64,000 nt of DNA from Piromyces finnis finn (Eukaryota; Fungi; Neocallimastigomycota), in assembly GCA_002104945.1 (NCBI GenBank), contig MCFH01000027.1, forward strand, positions 558,001-622,000. The letters run 5' to 3'. Below the pieces are notes generated by a model. That model worked only from the letters and a program-made list of their open reading frames with translations, searched no databases and was not told where the DNA came from. A program made the position numbers and the translations under genes. Below are positions 9,901 to 26,458 of this stretch, piece after piece; positions within the stretch are counted from its first letter, which is position 1, and the number at the start of each line of letters is the position of its first letter.

Positions 9901-11489
9901 ACCATATTAGCAAGTTTATCAGCACTTTCAGTGATTTCATTCTTAACTTGGTCTAATAAGGAAGTAATAGTACTCTTAGCCATATTCTTACCATCAACAA
10001 TAATGACAATTTCATCAGATTCTTCCTTTTCATTTGGAATAATAATATCAACGAGCTTGCCTTGATATTTGGATTTAATCTTGTTAATATTCTTGGCGTT
10101 CTTACCAACAATGTGAGAGTGAACACCATGTGGAATTTCTACAACATCATATTCAAAAGTCTTACACTTCTTAAGACTTTCAGAGAAAGCCTTAGCAGCA
10201 GCTTCGGTGTTCTTCTTGTTCTTACCATTAACTTCGAGAGTGTTTGGTGAATTTTGGTTTTCACGAATGTTAATGGTAACATCATGCTTTTCTTCGAGAG
10301 CCTTAATGTTTTGCCATTCTTTAGTGTAAAGGTACTTTCTAAAGAATGCATTGTTTGAAGAATCAGCGCAGTAATCAGAAATGTTAAGATCTTCAATGAA
10401 TTGAGAGTTAGCCTTTTCAGTGATTAACTTTAAGGCAATTGGTAAATTTTCTGGTGGACCACGAATGATAATCTTTTCACTCTTTTCCTTTGGTAATGGT
10501 AATTCAACAGCACAACCAGTGGTCTTAAGGATTTCTTGAAGATTTTTTCCCTTTGGACCAATAATAAATTGATGTTGCTTCTTATTACAAGTGAAAACTA
10601 ATTCATCAGTCTTACGTTGTAATTCCTTGTAGATGCTAGTGATCTTGTCAAGAGCAAGGTTAGTGGCAGCCTTAGTACCAGTAATAGAAATTTCTTCTGG
10701 GTCAAAGGTTCTTTCACTCATAACATATGGTGGAATATGAACCTTGGCACCAGTTTCTTCTTGAATTAATTGTAAGTTAGAGTTATCAGTACCAGCAATG
10801 ATCATATGGTAAGATCTTGGGATCTTAATAGTTTGTCTGTAACGATTGGCATGCTTATTGATAATCTTTTCAATGCTTTCCTTAGCTAATTCAATACCAA
10901 CCTTATCACCAATAATCTTTAATATTTGTTCTTGTTCATCACTAACGTCTTCTTCATTTTGTAAACGTTGTGGCATTTCGATTCTGGTCTTGGTATCAGC
11001 CATAATAGAATTGATGGTGGTACCCTTTTGACCAACAATGAATCTTCTAACAGAGTATGGGAATGGGTAGGCTTCAACAACTTCGTTGCAAATTCCAGAG
11101 CAAATTTCTCTCTTGGCAGCCTTTACATCCTTTTCCTTACCCTTAAGGATAATAGTAACAGTACCAGACTTGTTTTGAATAGAAATATCAATTTCAACTG
11201 GAATGTTTCTTTTGACCTTTTTGCAAACTTCAGAAGTCTTAGAGCCACCAATAACATCCTTCTTTAAATCGGAAGACTTAATAGAGAAGTTTTCAACAAT
11301 AGTATTATTGTAAAGTGGTTTGTAAGGTTTAACTGATCTGTTTGGCATTGACTTACCAGAGGTTGGTAAGGCTGGGAAAGATTCTTCAAAAGATTTAATC
11401 TTTGGAGCCTTCTTTGGTAATTCAGTGGTGGATTCAACAGTAGCGTATTGATCTTCTAATTCTTGTGGAATATCAGAAATAGTAGCCAT
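6969..11489 (-). CDS. SCP160: Vigilin/Scp160-like multi-KH RNA-binding protein, 1506 aa, no introns in the CDS
   Basis: Many tandem KH motifs (FIVGQKGTTI, FIIGPKGKNL, HIVGKNAKNI, LIGTGGSAI, LIGAKGKNI, IVGRGGVII, IVGTKGSNI, IIGRGGSNI, LIGAKGKNL) plus an N-terminal FPALP motif. Strong high-expression codon bias (AAG, GAA, GGT, CCA). Confidence 0.9.
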   Translation of the reverse strand: MATISDIPQELEDQYATVESTTELPKKAPKIKSFEESFPALPTSGKSMPNRSVKPYKPLYNNTIVENFSIKSSDLKKDVIGGSKTSEVCKKVKRNIPVEIDISIQNKSGTVTIILKGKEKDVKAAKREICSGICNEVVEAYPFPYSVRRFIVGQKGTTINSIMADTKTRIEMPQRLQNEEDVSDEQEQILKIIGDKVGIELAKESIEKIINKHANRYRQTIKIPRSYHMIIAGTDNSNLQLIQEETGAKVHIPPYVMSERTFDPEEISITGTKAATNLALDKITSIYKELQRKTDELVFTCNKKQHQFIIGPKGKNLQEILKTTGCAVELPLPKEKSEKIIIRGPPENLPIALKLITEKANSQFIEDLNISDYCADSSNNAFFRKYLYTKEWQNIKALEEKHDVTINIRENQNSPNTLEVNGKNKKNTEAAAKAFSESLKKCKTFEYDVVEIPHGVHSHIVGKNAKNINKIKSKYQGKLVDIIIPNEKEESDEIVIIVDGKNMAKSTITSLLDQVKNEITESADKLANMVTQTIEIDPKYHGSLIGTGGSAIKELRAKHNNTIMIRFPQKDVKGNDSTITVSGPEKDVVAAINSLKAAAEAQKHFDFMNRFSEDVVIGKGIGRRIVGGAHVQNWLVEALKEKVGNKHEITDEELNMLKFDIKEENDKEIVTCTGHRNLIPYVVKLVAERAKEILDTVNVDIEVDNKYHSQLIGAKGKNINAIKQKYNVQFFFPARVDEDDEDYEEKIKNRDQNKITIRGFKNDVEKAKQVVLDQVKDIISHSHEITFQVPRLVVSKIVGRGGVIINKIKEDTDTRIDFEDDDEIDEEGDINITIKGTKKGCEDAKKQIKRIVDESTIILSREVECPENIHEVLKTRFRSHMDALATKYGEENDKARFNFPYGFEEEEERNKVLVRAPREKIEECCEAFKKLIEKVKEDVANRVSVKISVPRMDLARIVGTKGSNINDISKRFEVSIDMHRDAIENDLVPISISGLDLEKIEGAKKEILSMASVVESIPLTELQYLYVMNSQQFNKQRRQNGAFVDFGKDRIRINGDKKSVADCKANIEKKLQEVSNFKQFKQLTVDPSVCSLIIGRGGSNINRLRKETKCNIFVNSARDNESDAENNVLVIAETAEELKAGVKAIQEINNRHQNEVTKKIDVPNHLHGRLIGAKGKNLENIKKEAGKSVRINFPPRNRSKSDTIEVTGDKKEVAKCIQLIEKNVEELKKEFGDEEEDVSEVSSQVEENKAGSGQRHIPGYNGKKEINILKSSDVLVDELANAMSYLGIQNYQQKEVKENEWQVIGKKNKKTQVTEEEEADAEGEVESSAAKKKKNKKKNKKKKAAEQKAREEEEAAAAAEAERLAREEAERKAREEEEAALAAAAAEAEAALAAAAGSEEQKKKKKKNKKKKKNAAKAEADEGESSGQEEKETVSAPVEIVEEKPAEDEWISIPTTKKNNNKSKKNNQDTTKIAAASVNAFANLNDDSEKKKNKKKKKKNNNNSSN

Positions 11490-14294
11490 TTTATATAAAC
11501 GATTCTATAATGATAATAATAATTGAATTATTAATTAAATATTTTTGTTAGTCTTTACATCTTTACATTCTTTTTTTTTATTTTATTTTAAAAAACAATG
11601 TTCTTGTTATTGTTTTAAAATTACTATTATAGTTTTTTAAAAAAAAAAAAAAAAAGAATTTTTATTATTTACTATTATTTCTTTCTTATTTATTTTTTTT
11701 AATATGATAGAAATTATTTCTTTCTTTAAAAAAATTATTTATTTACTTATTTAAATAAATAAATGAAAAATGAATTATCAATCATAGAGGTTTTTTTTTT
11801 TTTTTTAATTAAAATTCTCCTCTTTTTTTTTTTATTTATTTATTTACTTTTTATTATTTTTTTTTTTCTAATAAATATTCTTTATTATTATTAAATTAAT
11901 ATTTATTAAAATATTTATTATACATCAAATAAATAAATATTTTACCTTTCAGTAAACTAGAGTGTAATAGAGACTTGAAATTTAAAAACTAAAAAACAGA
12001 TAAGATGCTTAAAAAAGAAAAGTAATAACAAATATTTTTTTTCTTTTTTTCACAAATGGAGGAGTAGTAATCAAAAAATAAATTAAATAAATATATAAAA
12101 GAATGTAAGATTTATGTTTCTATTTATTTATATATATATATATTTATAATAGAAATTTTAAAAATAAAAGTCTATTCTTTCTATATTAATTATTTTGATT
12201 TTATTTTTCTATTTTAAAAGTTTATTAAGAAAAATGTTTAAATATTTATAATGAAATATTTATTTTCTAATAAAACTTTATTTTTTTTTCTTTCTTTAAA
12301 AAAAGATTTGATTTGATTTGATTTATTTTTAATAAAAGAAAAATAAACTTTTTTATTTATTTATTTTTATATTGAATTTTTCATATTCTTTATTATTAAT
12401 AAATATGAAAATAGAAAATTATATTAATTATTATTTTTTTAATTTTCTGTATTGCATTCAAGATTTATGTATATTGTATTATATTATAATATATTATTGA
12501 ACTAGTAGTAATAAATAAAATAAAAAAACTAAACTTTTTCTATTTATTATTATAAAAAAAAAAAAAAAAGGAATATTTAAAATACAATGGTGCACTTCTT
12601 TCAATATCTTTATCCATTATATTAATTATGTTCACTATTTTTATTATTATTTCATCCAAAATAAACGTCAATCTATATAATATATCCACATTATTTCTTA
12701 ATAATATCCATTTAATAGTTCATTTGTATATTTTTATTATGTATATCTTTTTTTTTTCAAAAATAATTATTATTCATATTATTCCTATTATTTATTCTCT
12801 TTTTTTTTTTTATTTTATTTTATTTTTATTTTATTTTTCTAATTTTTTTTTTAACTCCAATACTTCAATATATGCTGAATCATACCATTCTCTATTACCT
12901 ATTAATAATTAAAAAAAATAATATATATATTTAAAGACTTTAAAAAAAACCAACCTTTTAATAGACGGTATTTTAAATAAATATTTCTTCTATAAGAAAG
13001 TAAAAATTAATTTGATATTTATGCTTTAAACTAATATAAAATAGAGGGGAGGAAAAAGAATTTATTAATACAATAATTTTATAATAATAATAATAATAAT
13101 AATATTGTATTATTGAATATAAAATATTACTTTTTGTTATATAAAAAAAACTAAAATGTATAAAATGATATCAACAAAAAAAAAATATTAATTTTTTTTT
13201 TTTTTTTTGTTATTTTAGTTTTTTGTTATTATTGAATATCGTGTTATGTAATGAATATATATATATATTTTTATTATTTTATTATGAAAAATCAATTCAT
13301 AATAAAATGGATATAATATATTTTGTCCTTTCGTAAATTATATTTATGTTAGGTATAGAAGATTAATATTTTTAAAGGATAAAATAAAAAAGAAAAGAAA
13401 AAGTAAAAAATGGGAAAAAATAAAAAGTTTAAAAAGAATTGTAAATTATTTAACTTCAATTAATTAATTAAAGATTTTTTAAAAAAAAGTTTAATTTTCT
13501 TTATTAAAAAAAAAACCATTATAAAGATATAAAAAGAGTTTTAATTAATAATTAATAAATAATGAAAAAAAAATGAATTAGTGATAATAATTAAAATAAA
13601 TTCATTAATAACTTTTTGTTTTATTCATTTAATAGTAAATTGTATATTAATTATTATTAATAAAAGTATTTATATTTAAAGTTCAATAAATTAAAAGTAA
13701 CTAGTATCCTTCATTAATATAAAATAATAATTAAAAGATAATAATAATTAAAAAATACAAATAAAATTTGGATTAATTAAAAAAAAATAAAAAAAAATAA
13801 ATAATAAATAACAAGAATAATAATTGTTGCAATTGTTATAATTATTTTAAAGTTTTTAATATTTTAAAAATTAGCAATATATTCCTATTTTTCTTAATTA
13901 ATAAATAATCATATATATACATTATTATTTCTCTTTCTTTTTATTATTCTTCATTATTTTAATTATCTATTTAATTAAAAAAAAACAAAAAGTTAAAGTT
14001 TAATAAGGATATATAATGATATAATGATGACTTTATTAAATATATAAAAAAAATAATTTACTAATAATTAATTGAAATAAATAATAATTATATATTAAAG
14101 AAAGTTTTTTTTTTTAACAGAATGAAATAAAAAGAAAAAAATCGATTATTTGAAAATTTAAGCTTTTAACTATTTAATACAAAAATGTAACACAGCATTG
14201 TAAATGGTATTTATGATATTTTACAATAGTGGTATGATTAACAATTAATACTACGTTTAATATACTTTCATTAAATAATGAAAATAGTAATACA

Positions 14295-14364
14295 TTTTGA
14301 TTTTAAATTAGTTTATTATCAATTATGAATTTTGATTTTAAATTAGTTTATTATCAATTATGAA
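14295..14364. repeat. Perfect 2 x 35 bp tandem duplication in intergenic DNA
   Basis: ttttgattttaaattagtttattatcaattatgaa occurs at 14295-14329 and 14330-14364. Confidence 0.9.
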
Positions 14365-17300
14365 TAACATTTTTTTGTTATTTGTTGAAAATGATTAAAG
14401 CAGTAATGAATATTAAATTATCTTCTTAATGGATATTATCAAAAGAAAACTATTAGATGATAGTTTTTTCCTCTTTCTGAATAATTGAAAATACGATGAT
14501 ATTATTAAAATTAATTTAAAATAAAGAGAATATAATATTCGCATTATTTTTATATTAACTATTATAGGTGATTACTATTAATTAAGAATACCTATCTAAA
14601 CACTTTTCAAAGTTTTTTTTTTTTTTTTTTTTTGATATTGGCATTGTTGGATGGATCATTTATTTTTAAAAAAGAACTTAAATTAATTTCATTTGATTGT
14701 ATTACAATATATAATAATCATTTAATATATTATAATTCAATATATATAGAAATATATATTTACTTTTTATTTTTAAAAAAATTAATTAAAATAATTTAAA
14801 AGAGTAATTTTAATTTTTATTTTAATTAAATAAAAAAATAATATATAGCAATATATTTATATTAATTAAGTAATATGAAAGCAATATACTACAATATATA
14901 GTAAATTAATTAAATATTTCATAAGAAATTAATTAAAAATTATGGATTAATAATAATAAAATGCTAGAAGGAAAGAAATAGGTATTCTTTAAAAAGAAAT
15001 AATTATAATTATTATTATAATAGAGAAAAAAAGAGTTTTTCAATGGTACAGTAAAATAATATATAAAATGATACATATAGATAAAAAAATTAAAATAATT
15101 ATTAAAATATCATAAATATTATATAATAAAATGATCTATTGAAAAAGATGGAATAAATCTATTAGTTTATTTAAATATTAAATGATATAGATGTTAAAAA
15201 AATAAGCATTCCTCTACACTCACATAAAACATAATATTTTTAATTGTAAATGTATAAAGCATTATTTTTCAATTTAGTTTTATATATATATATATATATA
15301 TATATACAAAATTTATTAATTGTGTTACATGTAAAAGAGTTTATATTTATATAAACAACATTTTATTCATTAGTATTATTAAATAAGATTCTTTTTAAAT
15401 TGTAGTAATTTAAATGATTATAATATAAATTGGTGTACTTTTTCCAATTATTAATTATTATGTATTTTAAGCAATGAAAAAATAAAGTAATTATTATTTT
15501 AATTAAAGAAAAAACTATTGATAATACTAATTATAAATTAAAATTGTTAATTTACTTTTTTTTTTCTTTTCAATTACATTTCTTTAAATAATTATTACCT
15601 AATTTAGTTTTGTACTTTTTTTTTTGCATAATTTTGTACAAATGGTAATTTTATTTCTTATTTTTCCACGTGTTGTTTTATAAATTTCTAAAAGGTTAAG
15701 AATTAGTCATTAACTATGAAGTTGTGTAAAATGGCTTAAGAAAATATTATATTTTATTAATTGAAAAAAAAAGAAAAGAAAAATTGTTTAAATAATATTC
15801 TAGAATAAGCTTTTACATTATTTTAAATATTAATATTGATGATTAATATTATTATAAGAAAAAGAATATCAATTACTATTTCGTTAAAGTACTTTATCAT
15901 TTTTTTTTAATATATTTTTAACGTATGTTTTCCATTTTTTTTTTACTCAAGTTTAAGAGAATTACTACTCTTTAATTTTATATTTTTTAAATCCCTGAAT
16001 TATATATCACAAAGGAATAATTTAACTTTTAGACAAATCAGCTTATAGATATGAAATAATAGATTTATCTAACCTTTGTTAATATTTTGGTATTTTTTTT
16101 TATTAAAATAGTTTTATTTATTTTATTTATTTATTTTTTTTTTTTACATTATTATGGAGTTTATTTTAATTATTATAGATATTTAATATTTTGGTACTAT
16201 TGTTTATTAATCTGGATGGTGGTGATGGTGGCATTTATGAATTTTTGGTCTTATCTATCTTTTTTAATTTTTTTAATGGTTAGAGTAATGAATGTATCAT
16301 CCCTAGAATCATGTATATTCTTGATTTATTATTAATTAAATTTTGATGGAATGAAATGATTGGTTGCTTTGATCTATGAATTTATTTTTATGTTTAACCA
16401 AAAGAAAAAACAAGCATATCTTGGTGAAAATGGGAAATGTGACGTGGAAAAAAAAAAGAGAAACGGAAACACTCATTAAGATTAGAATTCAATAGAAAAT
16501 TTTAAAGAAAATAGTAAATAGATAAATATAAAATAGTTTTATAGAGTAAAAAATAATAATAAAAAATAAAGAAAAAGATAAAACATATACAAAAAAAAAA
16601 AAAGAAAGGCATTATAAACTAGTTTGAAAAGAAGAATGATAAAGTGTAATCAAAAGCAATAAGATATTAATATTTTTTTATATGGAAAAGTTTGTTGAAC
16701 TATTAATTATATTTTAAGATAAAATGGATCATTTTTATAATATTAAAAATGGGAATGATAAAACATATTTAAAGTATTAAAATATTAATAATATATATAT
16801 ATATTATTTATTATTTATATTTATTTTTAAAAGTTCAGTAAAAAATAAACAAACGAATAAAATGTAAAGATTCGATTTTCTTTTTGATTTTACTTTTGTG
16901 ATATAAATATATACATTTCGATAGTCAAATATTTATATATATATTTTATTTTTTAACTTTTGAATTAAAATTGATGAAGCTAAAACATCAAATTTGTTGA
17001 TTATTTTTTACTGTTTCGAAATTCAAGGTAACTTTTTAAAGTATAATTAATTTGTAATTAATTTTTAAATCTAATAATAATTAAAATTTTTAAATTAGAT
17101 AAAATTTGATGAACTATTTTTTTATTATTATTTTTTATGAATAACAGTTGTTATTATTATTTTTATAAAAGTTTTTTTTATCATTATTAAACCTTTTTGA
17201 AATATATTATTAATTTTTCTCCTTTCATATACCTTATGCATACCTTTTTTTTTTTTTGTGAAAGTATTAATTTTTATGGAGGTTAAAATAAATTTAATAT

Positions 17301-19319
17301 GATTAATTTTTATTATAAATTAAATTTGGCTGAGATTAAAAAAGGTTATTTCTTTATTAATTAAAATTTATAACTCAGATTTTATATTGAAAGGCTCTTC
17401 TTTATTTATTATTTTAGGTATGTTTAAATCTTTATAAATATATTATTAAAATAATTATGATTTATAATAATTTTATTGAAACCTTTTCGTGGGTTATATC
17501 TATTAGACTAATTAAAAAAGAAAAATATTTTTCGAAATGAATTAAAACTGTAATACAAAAAAAAAAAAAAAAGATATGATTTATTATGGAGATAATTTAT
17601 AAAAATATTTTAAATTAAAAACAATATATTTATTTTTTTTTGAATCGAGAATAAAGAATGAAATAGTATAGTCTTTTTTAAAAAAAAACTTTAATTTGCA
17701 CACAAAAATTGTTACGTTTGTGGTATAGAAGTTTTAATATAGAGTTTAATTTTTTTTTTTTTTTTTTTTAGTTAATATTAAAATATATTTTTGGAGTCTA
17801 TTTATCGATTTATTACAATTATATATTTAGTAAAGAAAAAGTATTATTATTTAAAGCTATTGGTTAATATTTTTATTTCAAAAAAATTATATACAAGATA
17901 TTTTAATAAATAAAGTTTTATTCCCTAAACAACTATTTGAATATCTTAAAATAATTAACTTTTTTTTTTTTTTCCTTTTATAATAATCTAATAAATAATT
18001 TTTTTTTCTTTTATAAAGTTTTTAAAATAAAGTAATTTAATTTATATACTACATTGATTATATATTATTGAATATATATATATTTTAAAACATTCCACAT
18101 AATATTAATATTGATGTAATTTAGGTTCAATTGTCCTTTTTTACTTTTGTATATTATATTTTTTTACAGAAATTTAAAAATAAATATCATTACTATGTAG
18201 TATCTATTTTATTATTGTATTAAACTTTAAAATAACTTTTAATTATAGTGATAATCCTAAATTGAATTATGACAATACTATAAAGGGTTAATATAATCGG
18301 TTATTAATAAAAAAAGTATAATGCTGTATAATAAATATCTAAAATAATACAATAAAAAAATAAAAAGAGTTTTAATAAGTTCAAGATGGGGAAATATATT
18401 TTTATAGAATAAAGAATGGTTTAAAATAGATTTCATTTTAATGTAGTGTAAAGGTTATATATGAATTTAAATAAAAAAGATGAATGATGAAATAAACAAT
18501 GTTAAATGAAAAAAAAATAATATATTAATTATAATTAAATAATATATAAAAAAAATATATATAAAAAAGAATATTCATTTCAATTATAGATAGGCTTTTT
18601 TTATTATAAAGTTAAAAGAGTTGATGAAATATAAAGTTTATGAGAAATTTATTTCACACACACAATAACTAGTTTATTTTACTATTATAATAATAATATG
18701 ATAATAATTAGTTGAAATAATTTTTTTTTTTTTTTTTTTTAAAATATAAAATTTGTGATTATGTACTTATTCTTAATAATGTTTTTTTTTTCCTTTAATT
18801 AATACTTTTTTTTTTTTTTTGTATGTGATATATTTTATTGCTTATTTATATCTGTTTATCCTATCCATTTTTCCATGTCCATTTACAAAACTCTATTTTA
18901 TAGAAAAGAAAAATAATAATAATTTTAATTTTTTCTTTCTTTCTATTTTTTTTTTTTTATTATTATTATTATTATTTTTTATTTAAATTTAAATATCCAT
19001 TTTGAATGTACAGTTTTTGAAACCTTTTTTTTAATTTATTCTATTTTTTTTTATTAAAAATGCATATTTTTTATTCATAATAAATTATTTAATATATATG
19101 CCATATCTATTCATTTATTCATAGTATTATTTATTCATCTTTTTAATTAATTATTATTAGAATCAATTATAATGTTTTAAAATGTTTTAAAATAGGCTTT
19201 TTTTTTTTTTTTTTTTTTATAATAAAGCAGGTTACTATTTATTTATAAATTGGGTGCAATCACTAAAACTATAGGTTAATTATTATACAATATCTAAAGT
19301 AAAAAAAAAACCCTTTTTG

Positions 19320-19365
<46 letters not shown>

Positions 19366-19589
19366 TTTTTTTAATAATAATATATATATTTTGAAAAAAA
19401 AAAAAGACATATAGTATATAAATATACTATTATAAAAAAATATTAATATAAAGATTAAAATAAAAAATTAATAAAAACAAATATAATAAACTTATTCCTC
19501 ATAGTAAAATATATGTTTATAGAAAGTTATAAATATTTTTTATTTTTTAAATAAAAAAAGAGTGTACCATAGTAATAATAATAATAATA

Positions 19590-25312
<5,723 letters not shown>

Positions 25313-25682
25313 AAAAAAGGTAAACAGTTCAATATCACAATTTGAAAATTTAAAACATAATAAAAAAAAAAAAAAAAGAGTAAAAATTCAATATTTGTAA
25401 AAGGTGCATTCATATTTTAATGTTAATAAAGATAAAAAAAAAAAAAAAAATTAAAAGTATGTAAATATATAATATATATAATTGAAAATTTGATAACAAT
25501 AATAATTTTTTTTTTTTTTTTTTTGTTTTTAAAACCTTTCTTTTTATTATTTTATTATTACTTCTTTACATGAAAATATAACATTATACTTTATTTTTTT
25601 TTAGTATTATGCGATGATATATTGTATACTAAATAAATTATTAAAAAAAAAAACTATTTATTATATAATATATATATTTTTC

Positions 25683-25726
<44 letters not shown>

Positions 25727-26458
25727 TATTTAAAAACATTACAAATATTATGTTTATTTAACTAGACAAATATAATTTAAGATGATGTGAATGAAAAAAG
25801 TGTGTGGGGTGTGTGTGCCAGAAATAAATAAAAATATATTGAAATTGAATATTTTTTTAAAACTTAAATGTTTATACTTAATATTTAACTAAAATAAAAA
25901 AAATAAACTAAATTAATATATTATTATATATACTTAAAAAAAAAAAAATCTCAAATTATTTGCAGAAGGGGAGGAGAAAGGTGAATGAATGAATTATTTA
26001 TAAAGATATTGTCAGGTGTAAAATAAATAATAATAATAAAAAAAAATAGGAAAAAAAAAAAAATTAAACAAGGGTTTTTGTTTTGTTTTTCTTTTTTTTT
26101 TTTTTTTTTTTTTTTATAAAACTTTTTTTTTTTTATTAAGATTATTTTATTATTAATTAATTAAAAAAAAAAATATTAACTTATATATAATCAATATATA
26201 TAAATTATTATTATTATTACTATTACTATTAATTATTTTAAAGTTTAACTTTTTTTTTTTTTTGTTTTTTTTTTCGTTTTTTTTTTTTTCGTTTTTTACT
26301 TTTTTTTTTTTTGTAAATTTTAAATTTTTATATTAATTTTATTTTTACTTTTTTCTTTTTCGTTTTTGTTCTTAAGGTGTAAACTTTTTTTTTTTCATAT
26401 TAAAAAACTTCAATTTCTTTGTTTATACAGAAAACCAATTAAAAATTGTTTATAATAC

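Noticed and set aside
6973-11267. Many antisense and alternative-frame ORFs over vigilin (e.g. 6973-7620, 7287-7655, 8440-8853)
   Set aside because: Shadows of a strongly codon-biased CDS (AAG/GAA runs give F/S/L-rich antisense frames).
12628-12912. Short F/I/Y-rich intergenic ORFs (also 16087-16335, 30967-31236, 35098-35310, 35490-35696, 40643-40861)
   Set aside because: Expected by chance in ~90% AT sequence; no coding-like composition or motifs.
15666-16450. CACGTG (~15667) and TGACGT (~16440) motifs in the intergenic spacer
   Set aside because: Single 6-mers with no conservation or positional evidence.
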